Below, piece after piece: positions 13,201-23,959 of a stretch of 64,000 nucleotides of DNA. This DNA is from Fimbriosthenelais zetlandica. Its lineage: Eukaryota. Made by a program: the position numbers and the translations under genes. Position 1 is the stretch's first letter. Every line of letters starts with the position of its first letter. The notes below the pieces were generated by a model, which saw only the letters and a program-made list of their open reading frames with translations, ran no database searches and had not been told where the DNA came from. The DNA is taken from assembly GCA_977030845.1 (NCBI GenBank), contig OZ365110.1, forward strand, positions 27,342,001 to 27,406,000. Reading direction: 5' to 3'.

Positions 13201-16200
13201 AAAGGCATCCTCCGGGCACTGATTACCGTGATTTGTAATTCATGAATTGTCAAATTCACGCATTGAAGTAGTGGAGAATCAGAAAGAGGCCATGCTTGAT
13301 TAATCGAGAGTGCTCTGAATGATTAGCCCCTGCAGATTGATACCTAACAAAATACTGCATTTTCAATAGCAGGACCGAATGAAGCCCCACTTGAAAAAGG
13401 GAACAGTGCGAGAATAAGTGGATTTTAGTGCTGATGAGATTCTAATATTCATGGAAATTTGCTTTACTCCCCATTGTTGGAAATATCCATTTCCATTCCG
13501 CCTTGCGATACAAATCTTGTAAGCCAATTTAATGGGTTTTCAACTGTAAAGATATGAACCTTTGATTAACACAATTACGCCTTTTTACAATGTTTTGGTA
13601 AATGGACCCGTGAACTTTTACCTCGTGCAGGGATGTGAACATATTGTCAGAACCATTCATAACGTGAGGTTATTCTGTTCCAATAACTACCCAGCCGGCT
13701 TTATCCCTGTTCCCAATCTCAGCTCCCATTATTCCAACACTATGATCTCATCAGCAATTTTCCATCAGGCAAGCAACAATTTCAAACACTGCCGCTCCTC
13801 TGTGAGGGGCGCGGGGCACCTCCTGACACCGTGACCTTGTAGGATAACCTGTCATGGTTGTTGGAGAGCATTGTACTTTATGCCTACCATCGCTGTACGG
13901 CGGCCATGGCATCCATGGCCATGTCATCATGGATTCCTTATGAGATCCAGCGCTAGATTGCAGGCTGTGTCCAGATGAGATTATCGTGGTCATCACAAAA
14001 GTCCTACAGTGCTGACCTTCCACTGTCCCCAAATTGGTGTGCAAATGTAAACCTGGGATTGGACTGCTCTCAGGCTGCTGGTTAAGGCTGTAATGCTGGG
14101 AAGGCAGCCACGAGGAAAGAATCAGGGTTGAGAGGCAGGTCCCTGAGATTCCGGTCTGACAGTCTGATATCTGTATAACATTGATCCAGTATGTAAGTTA
14201 ATTGAAATGGTATATCCTTTAATGGTTTCATACAAGGTTGCTAAGAACTTCCTACATACCTCTGAAGTACAAGCGTTAGGCCTAAGTCACAGACCTGCTT
14301 TTCATGGCTTCATGCAATTTCCTGAAATTCAAAGCCGCTAGATTTGCTTTTGATATATTAAGCCTCTCCCAATTGCCCAATGATTAAGATATGCTGCTGT
14401 TCGCGATATATCTGATTCTCTCTTTGTGATAGAGGTTTCTAGCATTCTCGAGAGGCTTTTGCGATATCTGCGGTATCTCAAACTCACGCAATCTCAAGGG
14501 ATGGTTGTACTGGATAGCCCAAGACTGGATAAAGGCCTGGGAGAGAGATGGGGTATAGACAAACAGATGACCTGTCATGATGAGGCTAGCTTCTTGACCA
14601 TGCATGAATAAACACAGGGTGTTCTCCACCCGTTGACCTTGGGAAAATACCCTGACCGAGTGCTCCTGTCAGAACTCCGACTCCACCGGCCGGCCAACCT
14701 TGTCCCTGACTGATGACAACACATATTCAAATGTCATAAGTGCACTGATAAAGGATGGAAATATCAAGCAATAGTTGGCGTCTATTTTGATTTTGAAGCA
14801 CATTGATGTATAGACTGCTACATTGCTTTCAGATTTATTTGCTGTTGGAATCATGCGGCAAAATGGCATAAAGTTGTGTTCTTACTGCACTCATTTGGGT
14901 CTAGTGGTAGACCAAATATCCATCATTAGAATTTCAGACCTCATCTGATCTTGTCCAGAGTTTGCAAAGTTCCACTGTCCGCAAAACCGAGATAATAAAG
15001 ATCAATTTAATACTGGCGAGGGATCACATTTATCAAAAATCCATTTCTGCAATGGGAGTATGAGTTAGTGGAACCGTCTACTGCCTTTAGCATTTTACTG
15101 CCAAACGCTCCTTGTATCTGCAGTCTGCACCAAAGCACTAACCAGATACGCGTAATGAATAGACGCGAAGCATTGGTAATTTATCAACTAATTTGATTTT
15201 CCTGGGATAGGCCGACAAAGATAGGGATGAAAAAGGTTTGAAAAAATCCATTTCGAATTCATGGATGGTTGGTGCGTTATCTGCTCCAGTGCTTCCCAGA
15301 GGTTTGCATTTAACTGGAAATGAAATTCAATCCTTTCAGCAATTCCTTTCTGAAGAGCCTGGGCGGTGTTCCTATCATGAACGGAGCAGTTGCTGGCCTG
15401 TCAAGGGGGGAAGAGACTTTTTGTGTTTTATGGGGTAAATGAAATTCTAGCCCAGTTTTAATCAGGGAAGCTTTACATGTTTGATATAGAAGCCCACAGT
15501 ATATTGCTCTAGTGGCATTATTATTCTGTGCTTGCTGCCCGATGCTCTTTTTACATGTTTAGGATGATGATAAATCATGAATTGGTTAAAGGATTTGAAA
15601 GGTTTTGGCAGATTTGATCTTGATCTAATGCTCCAAACTCAAGTTCCCGTACTTAGTACATGAGAGTTGTCGAGCTTATAAGTGAACCATATGTTACTAG
15701 CCAATGTTTTCCACTTAAGTAAAGCCTTCTATACATTAAACCTATTGTTGGCTTACATACCTCCCTGAATGCAAGCTGAAAAGGTGAGTTTCCCCTGGAG
15801 TTTAAATGATATATGAGGAAGAAATATATATAAAAAACCAACGCTCTTATACCCATGGCAGATCTGCTTCTGTTAGTAAGTGCTTTCTAATGATGAGGAA
15901 TCACTTAGGACATTTCCATATATCATCTTCTATTGCATTACTTGGAGATGTTTTATATCTGGGATTTCATCTGTCTTTCTATTCCATTCATTTCCCTGAT
16001 TTCTATTATCAAGTTGCTGGTATGAACTGAAGCCAATAAGACGTTTTTAAAATGCCGATGCATCTGCTTAAACTTAACATGGTTTAGCTCCAAATTTATT
16101 TGACATTTTGCAAATTTGCCTAAAATTTTTATTATCTGTAAAGAGCTGTGCACAATGTCATAACCTTGATCACTAAGTGGTTAATGTTGAAACGTGATAA

Positions 16201-17098
16201 TTTATACCAATACCAGTAATATTTAGGTTAATGCAATTTAAATAATTTCATTTGCAATAATATTACCAGGTATGAATCGATAAAGGATTTAAGTCAATAT
16301 TAATAACAATGCAATTGTCGTTTGACAATACTATATGGCATGGAAGGGGAACTTGCCGTACCTTGCCATACACTTGGAATATAAGCCCCCAATATGGGCA
16401 GTCCATGAAGAAAGGTTAATGGCATTCTATGTTGCCATTGATGACCCTATATGGCTTCACACTGTAATACCACTTAGTTCTAAATCCACCCAGTATAGCC
16501 TGTCTCTGTATGTGCATTTGAGAGAGTATGACAGAGACAAAGATATCGACCAAAATTGGCCATTGTTGGATGGATACTGAACCTCAATAGCTCCAGCTCT
16601 CCCTACTTCTATCTCCTCACTACTTTCCAGCACAAGCTTTCTGCCATCCACACAAAAGAACTTTGACAAGCTCCCTTCCCATTCACCCCTGCCCAAGGAA
16701 AAAGCCCCCACCACAAATGACAGGATGCTCTAGGCAATACATACATAGACCGGGGAGGACTGGTGGAGGCAGGCTGGGCACGCTGCTGTAAATTGCATTT
16801 TGTTTGCTGATGTTGGTTGGGGGTTGGTTTTAGCTGAGGCAGGTTCCTCTATTGTTGACAGTGGCTGTGATAGCCTGTCGGTGTAGTGCACTGTAGATGG
16901 ACAGGGCCCTGGCCTTCACTTTATTTGGAGGCGTTGTGGTTAGTACCAAACTCGTGCATATATATTGATGAAAGATTTCCGAATGTGCCCATTCAAAGTA
17001 GCTTGATAATTCTCAGGTAAATTTATGGATAAGTACTTTAAAAGTGCTTGTTCTGCCCTTCACAGCTTTAATTTTAAATGCCCGTCTGAAGCGTGTTA

Positions 17099-17327
17099 AG
17101 CCTGGAACACACTAATCCGATTCTACAATCTGTCGCCATTCGAACCCCCATTTGTAATGGGATCCAATGATTGAAATTTTCTTAATGGTTAGCCTTACCT
17201 AGGTGTGAAGGACAAAATTACAAAATTAAAAGTTGAAAATTACAAGCATTTGGTGTGAATAGTCATATAGTTTCTGGCGGCTATCGGTTGCAGCCGGATA
17301 GAGAATCGGATTAGTGTGCTCCAGGCT
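17099..17327. mobile_element. MITE-like element (229 bp) with 26-bp terminal inverted repeats
   Basis: 17099-17124 AGCCTGGAACACACTAATCCGATTCT versus the reverse complement of 17302-17327 AGCCTGGAGCACACTAATCCGATTCT (25/26 identical). AT-rich non-coding interior; no clean target-site duplication seen. Confidence 0.65.
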
Positions 17328-20300
17328 GTATATATGCTTATCTCTATAATATAAATCGTTTCCGTAGTATACAGGTGTTTTATTACACCCCCACAAATGA
17401 CAGGATGACACAGACCTGTGTTTTATGAAAAGTTTTATGAAAAGTTTAAGTATCGCTCTCAAGACATGTTATCTATCTTCCTGACAAGGTTCTTATCAAA
17501 GGGATCCCCCTGCTTTTACAGATACTTTCGCAGAGGTTCACATTCCCAGGAGGTTTTATCTTACAGAAAAGCTCCTCCTGTCATACTGAGATTGTATCAT
17601 CACACCAGGGCTTGTAATGGAGCCACTTTTTGCTTAAATCCGTCTTTTTTGTTTTAACGACCGTCAGGAGAAATTTGATTATAGCTTTAACTTTTCCCCC
17701 ATAGATACATTTGTGACGAGATGAGTAGTTGGGTTTCCTATTTTAATGTCTAGGTTGAGAAAAGGTTCATGCCGCTTCAACTGTAATGACCTGAGTTCCC
17801 ATGTCAAATGTTTTGCCAAGTTTGTTTGTCTGTTGATACAAGGATAAATACAGCATGCAGATATGACCCGATTGATTGGCGAATTCGTTCATGGTATTAA
17901 CGAAAATGTGTATCGATACATTACCAACGCATTTGAAAATGATTATTGTAAATTAATACATGTACTTATTTTGTGTTTGTGTCATCAAACTTCCTTTCCT
18001 GTGACGGGATATTTCCGTTCCTCGTTAAGAGAGGGAAATGCTTGTCTGGTACCCCCAGTCTCTATCAGACCTAACCCATTCTCTCTGATCGCCACCTTTC
18101 CTTCCCAAATGTTCTATATTTCATTGCGGCTGGTCCGTTGCTCCTTATCCACTCTGCTCCCCTGTGCGTCTTCATTCTGCCTGGTCTCCACCTTTCTTTC
18201 TATTGCCTGGTCTCCTGTCACCTCAAGCTGACAAGGCCTGCTGCTTGAAGCTGTGAGACATAATGTCAGTAAATGGGGCTTTGTTTGTGAAGTGCAACTC
18301 TATGGATGCCTCAATGCTCAATGCATTAATAAATAAAGCCTCATTGGCGATTGTTTAGACTTACGAGCCCGCATGATGAGGCCTTGTGCATCCAGATGAA
18401 TAAGCAACCTTTTGCTTATACTCATTCATCATGGTGCCACTGGGAAGAAATGGCTTGGTCAACAAATGGCTATTGTGCCCAGGTGAAAAATACTTTCGGG
18501 TAGACTAGTATAATGGAACATTGATCACTACTATCTTTTTTAGTTTAGTATTCAAGTAGCATGATTAGCCTGTCTTGTTAAAAATTGATATTTGTATGCT
18601 GATGGTCACTTTCGTATTCAGCCCACTCTACAGTTATTCCTTACCAGAGATGTCTTTTTATTGTTGTTCACATAATGAAGAACAATCGCATTCACATGTT
18701 CCTATGAAACTATTCTTATTCCCATCTCGAACAAAAAGCTTGAGACCATAATTATTCTTTCTTAACTATAATTATCATCCCTATTCATCATTCATTTTTC
18801 TAATTAAATCTTTCATCATAGGTTTGAAATCTCGTCGTCTTTACTCTCCCCTAGATTAATCTCTGTATTATCTTCACTTCATCGGATTCTCATCTCGCAT
18901 GAATCAGTATTCCTGGTCACACAAAAAAAACTTATTTCACCCACCATATCTGCACTAAGCCTCTAGCTGGAGTAGGCCTGCAGAAATGTGTGTTTTTATG
19001 CTTCCTTAATAAGAACAGATGGAATGGGATGTGGTGATTACCTCTAGTGATGAGTTTGCATGTTGGCTCAGATTATCTGGTGCATTTTGGCCCACAATGT
19101 GATGGCCAAGTAATACATCGCCTCCCCTCTCTTCACACGGAGCGGGCGAGAAGTAACCAGTCATGTACACGTGTCCAGAATACGGATGTAAAGTCCATAA
19201 GATCATTACCTAGTGCAATGCTTAGACCAAAATCTCATTTGCCATTCATACAGGCTCCCGACATGGATCACTTATATTCCATTGGTCCCTCTGATACGTT
19301 GACCTTCTATGACATTGACTGAGTTCCTTCTATTAGATGTATCACCACTTCTGACTACAATGTGACATTATAAGGCCTCAACTTTGTTAATCTTTGTTTC
19401 ATGGTTACTCTGGTTGATTCAATACATCATGGCCTGCCTATATTTTCCGTCAAGGTTTGCCGAGGAAGATACCCAAGCTGGTGACCTGCTTGAGAATCAA
19501 TGCTCGCATTGCATGATCCAGTGTCGTAACGTTAGAAAGTATCCCACAAGGAATCCATTTGTGATAATGGAAATGTGGAGAGGAATTCTGTATAAGAATG
19601 CTTCTTGTATTAAGAACTGTATCATCAGTATGTAGAGTGGAATCAATTATCAAACATTTCACTAAAGCGACCATCTTACTATGTGACCACATACTGGTCA
19701 AAACCAATTGTGCAAAATACATACTCAATGCATACTCACGATAGTGGAGCACCCTGCTTTAGGACCAGAAATAGTATCAGTGTGGGTGCATAGTAAGACG
19801 ACACTGTAGCTTATAATTTGTTTAGCTGTGGGTTTCCAGTGTGTTGAGGGTTCTCAGCAAGAAGCATCCTCACACCCATTATTTTCTAATATGAGGCGTA
19901 TCATCAGCTTGAAGTCCAGGTCTGTTTCATTATATCCTCCTGTAGATTAGAGAATCATCAGAGGCGGATAGATTCTCTGCTAAATGAACTACATACGGCC
20001 ATCAATATGATAAGAATTGCAATTGATTTGGGAGCCTGATAAGTAATGGTATAAATCATTGATAGCAACCTTGTGGAAAATTGAATCGATGAGTTGGATA
20101 TGTGTCTCTCTATTCACATTTACCATGAAGGGTATTTATCTATGGGAAAATCAACTGCTGGTTTATATCGAAACAAGGTATATAACTTTATCGCCCTTAA
20201 TGTGTGGAATAAGGAAAACTTAGATGGAAAAGAAGAAGACATCAGGTCTGTAATGATTGAAAGAGAATCGTTTCTCAATTAGACATGCCAAGAAAAGTCG

Positions 20301-21135
20301 GCCCGTCTTGGCAAGAATTTCAAAGTATATTCAGCCAACTAGGACTTCATGACAATATGGATTAATGACCTGAGATTCATAACAGGCTAAGAACCGACGA
20401 CGACTAGAAGTGAATCTGAACTGAAAGATGAAGCTGTAAGCTCAATATTGGCTCACTAATCTCCCATTCCCCAGACCTCCTTCTGGTGTTTGCTAGATGG
20501 CCAACTACATTTGAACAATGACAGTGTATGTGAAAAGACATTAACTACATCTTATATGAAATATAAGAGGCCATTGCTTTAAAAATATAGTGCTTTAGCA
20601 GATACTTTACGCATAGTAAGTGTAATTTTCAGCATTTTCCAAACATTTCGATTACACTCACTGCTCCCAAAAAAATTGTTGGCCAAAGTTAATGAGGGAA
20701 TGCTAAATTTTGCCTCTTCATAAGTCTTCATAAGTCCTGAACTAATATGGAATATAATACCCTTTTTCATTCATTGCCAAGGTATAGTATATTTCTTTGT
20801 TAACCACATACTTCCTTGAGACATAGACATACTATTATAGTAGAGACTAGACAAGCCCAGGATAGTCGCTCTGCAGCCTCATGATAAGAACCATATAGAC
20901 TACTTTTGTCGGAGACAGTGCAAGAGCCCCCTCCAGAGAGTCCCCACCAACGTTTGTCGCAAGGTGATAACAAATTAGAAAGAAACGCCAACTTCAGTTG
21001 AGTCTGATGTGTTGCTATGGAATGCCGGATTATACTATACGCCGTAATAGGGTTCTGCGTTCTAAACACGTACTTCCATTATATCACAATTTGCTTCCCA
21101 AAAATGAATAAAGCAATTTCTTCTATTACAAATAG

Positions 21136-21141
21136 TTTATT
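21136..21141 (-). promoter_or_regulatory. Candidate polyadenylation signal (AATAAA) of the LRR gene
   Basis: First TTTATT seen on + below the LRR stop codon, about 700 nt downstream in transcript direction. Confidence 0.35.
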
Positions 21142-21832
21142 TCCACGCAAGCATGTAGCGTTTATATCGTTTGTGAAATTTAAAACTGGACTGCATTCAA
21201 GTGCTGTAACTCATATATATATATAGGATACACTGAAATCCTCCCATTACAAAAACATCAAGGTTGTTCTATTTTTTAACATTCTAATAATCATTCAACA
21301 TTAGATAATTAAATGCACTTAAATGTTATGTGAAACATTGGATAGCTCTTTTCCATTGATTCTCTTAATACAAAATAGGACTATTTCCCCCAAATCCCTT
21401 CTTTCTTTCTTTTACTGCTTTCCACTACAATCCTTTCTGAAAAAGCAGAACATCAGTATTACACTTCCCTAACATGAAAATTTGTTATGGTGGCAAGTAT
21501 GCCAGTACCACCGTGTACAAAGTTACAAAATCATTACATAACTTTCACATTTCTGTGTTTTGCAATGCTTTCAACATCATTGGCTTGCAAGCTCACTTGA
21601 AGCAGTTATCACAAAACTTAACCTACAGAAGCTTTCATGTAAACAGCTAGGCAGTGGACACAATACGTTATAAAATATTGTTACAAATTCACATACTAGT
21701 CCTCTGGAAAACGTAGAAGTCACATAGTTCTATACATGAATATAATACAGTGTGTGCTTATTTCCCGTCTGACAAGGTCCTCACTTTCCAATATTATAAA
21801 CAAACCCTCCACCAGTCCGCTCGACATAAAAG

Positions 21833-23959
21833 CTACACTTTGGGGTCGGCCATGGGGTCTGGCATTTCCATGCCTGACACTTCTCTGTAGCGGATTTGCC
21901 AGCGATAATGGAGGCTTTTCAGTCTGTGGCAAACTTTCCCGTAATAAAAGATAAGTGCCGTCAATAGTGTTAACCCCACGACTGCAGCTACTGTGATGCC
22001 GAAGAAAGTCAAATCCCAGGCTATGTCATGTTGGCGTGCATCGCATTCTGATTTAGTTGGTAGGTAAATGGGGAGGTACATTCCCGCGTGGAGCCGGGGT
22101 TTCGCACACACATAATGAGTATGATCGCTCACATCCACAACCGTGACTTGAGTGCTATTGAGCCATTGCAAAAACGGCAGAAGCCTGCACGTGCAGTGGA
22201 ATGGGTTGTAGCTGAGGTCAATTTGCTCAAGATACTGCATGCCCATGAGCACACTGACATCTACCTCGTGGAGAGAGTTGTTAGAGAGGTCGAGCTTGGC
22301 TAGTGACATCATGTCAGATATAGGCACATGGTTTAAGTCGCGGATTGTATTGCCCTCCAGGTGTAACGTTGTCAAATGGTGGAGATGCTGGAGTATCTTG
22401 CCCGGTAGTTTGGTTATATTGTTCATAGACAGGTCCAACACCTGGAGGTGGCCAAAACTGGCAAAAATGTTCATAGGTGGTGGATGCAGCAACCACCGGC
22501 TCAAGTGGTTATGTCCAAAGTTGATATGTTGTAAAGCAGGAAAAGAGGGGAAGGTGTAGTTGGGAAGAGATATGAGCTGATTGAAACTCAAATCAAGCTG
22601 TTCTAAAACAGTCTCCATATGGTCAAAAGCGTTGGCTGATATTATCCTGATGTTATTGTGGGAGAGCACTAAGGTTCCTATTTTCACCATCCCCAGGCTG
22701 TGAAAGTCGATGAGGAGGTTATGCGATAGGTCTAAGTAACTCAAAGTTACTTTCTGAAATGCATGTTCACTGATTTTCCTTATCTTATTATGAGCAAGAT
22801 TGAGAAATTTAAGACTATCACTTTTGCTTATCCAATATGCTGGCACCTCTTCCAGAAAGTTTTGACTCAAATCGAGGAATTCGATGCTGAGCAAATCATT
22901 AACTCTAATGTGCCTGAGCCAGTTTTTCCTCAGGTTTAGACGCTGGAGGCTATGTAAGGACGAACTGGTATCAATATTAGCCAAAAAGTTCTCTTGTATA
23001 TCCAATGTATGGAGCTTTGGAATGACGGTAAAAATACTTGCATCAATGTTGTACAGAGTGTTGTTGGACAGATCTAAAATTTTCAGAGATGGAAATGAGG
23101 TAAAAACGTCCTTTGTCAAATTGCCTAATCGCATACTGCTGAGGTCTAGAAACTCTAGAATACTGGCATTGGAGAAACCTGCCAAAGCTAGAGTTAAAGT
23201 ATGAAGCTGTATCCCAGTGTTCATAGATAGAGATAGAGACGTGAGGTTCTCAAATCCAGCAAAGGCCAGTGAGTCGATCTGAACCAGCTGACAGTTGGCC
23301 ATACGGAGCACCTCGATTGAACCCGCACGGAAGGCATCCAGGTGGAACCTTCCAATGACATGTATCGGATTACCAGTGAGGTCAAGATGATGGAGCGAGG
23401 TTAGATTTGCATAACTAATGTCCAACCAGACTGATTTGATCTGATTATAGGCCAGGTTAAGAACCCTTAGATTAGGTGTGAACTGGGCCAGGTTTCGTGG
23501 CATGTTCTGTAGGTGATTGCGGCTTAGATCTAAATCCCGTAAACTCGGCAAACATGTTTTATTACTCGTACTCGATCGCAGCACAATAAGCTCATTCAGG
23601 CTCAAGTTAAGATCCTGGAGATGTTCCAGGCCAGCGAAAGCTGCTGTGTCCACCACAGTTAGTTTATTTGCATGAAGGTTGAGGACTAGCAGGCGCCCGG
23701 CTCTCTCAAAGGAGCGCGGGAACAGATGCTCAATGCGATTATTCTCAAGGTAGAGGTGTGTGGTGGTATTAGGCAGTAATGGCACTGAGGACACTCTCCT
23801 ACTACTGCAGTCCACTGTGGTGAACATGTTGTAACAGGAACATACCTTAGGGCACCATTCTGACCATATACTCGACACACCCTTTAGAGACACGGCCACC
23901 AATACGAGCAGAACAAATAGGCCCCTGCTCACCTTTCTCATGGCTTCACTCACCTCCAT
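21833..23959 (-). CDS. Single-exon leucine-rich-repeat type I transmembrane protein (TLR-like ectodomain, no TIR domain)
   Basis: Uninterrupted 713-codon ORF. The track starts it at a GTG (23974); the first ATG is 23959 and a second ATG at 23941 directly precedes the hydrophobic signal peptide MRKVSRGLFVLLVLVAVSLKGVSS. LRRNT CPKVCSC...VDC, about 22 LxxLxLxxNxL repeats, LRRCT NPFHCTC...WL...YVC..P...C, TM LTFFGITVAAVVGLTLLTALIFYY (about 22012-21941), 35-aa tail, many NxS/T sequons. Confidence 0.92.
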   Translation of the reverse strand: MEVSEAMRKVSRGLFVLLVLVAVSLKGVSSIWSEWCPKVCSCYNMFTTVDCSSRRVSSVPLLPNTTTHLYLENNRIEHLFPRSFERAGRLLVLNLHANKLTVVDTAAFAGLEHLQDLNLSLNELIVLRSSTSNKTCLPSLRDLDLSRNHLQNMPRNLAQFTPNLRVLNLAYNQIKSVWLDISYANLTSLHHLDLTGNPIHVIGRFHLDAFRAGSIEVLRMANCQLVQIDSLAFAGFENLTSLSLSMNTGIQLHTLTLALAGFSNASILEFLDLSSMRLGNLTKDVFTSFPSLKILDLSNNTLYNIDASIFTVIPKLHTLDIQENFLANIDTSSSLHSLQRLNLRKNWLRHIRVNDLLSIEFLDLSQNFLEEVPAYWISKSDSLKFLNLAHNKIRKISEHAFQKVTLSYLDLSHNLLIDFHSLGMVKIGTLVLSHNNIRIISANAFDHMETVLEQLDLSFNQLISLPNYTFPSFPALQHINFGHNHLSRWLLHPPPMNIFASFGHLQVLDLSMNNITKLPGKILQHLHHLTTLHLEGNTIRDLNHVPISDMMSLAKLDLSNNSLHEVDVSVLMGMQYLEQIDLSYNPFHCTCRLLPFLQWLNSTQVTVVDVSDHTHYVCAKPRLHAGMYLPIYLPTKSECDARQHDIAWDLTFFGITVAAVVGLTLLTALIFYYGKVCHRLKSLHYRWQIRYREVSGMEMPDPMADPKV

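Noticed and set aside
13741-14040. SGNH-esterase-like scraps (PDTVTL, CPDEIIVV) suggesting a LINE ORF1 or Ngaro remnant
   Set aside because: Motifs are in different frames and the GxND and GDS catalytic blocks are missing.
20094-20282. EGYLSMGKST fits Walker A (GxxxxGKS); EDIRS resembles RAD17 GDIRS
   Set aside because: Context does not match RAD17 (GPPGCGKT, GDIRxAIN), no splice sites, stop soon after; chance match.
20800-21069. 89-aa minus-strand ORF as a downstream TIR exon
   Set aside because: No recognisable TIR motif and no splice donor in the LRR tail.
21720-21932. Overlapping minus-strand ORF (...VAFMSSGLVEGLFIILESEDL...) as a frameshifted TIR remnant behind the LRR TM
   Set aside because: Only a vague likeness to TIR box 1; no box 2 (RDxxPG) or FLxSxWC motif and it ends within about 40 codons.
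22088-23880. Short ORFs overlapping the LRR CDS (22088, 22239, 22314, 22884, 23686)
   Set aside because: Shadow frames of the real coding sequence.
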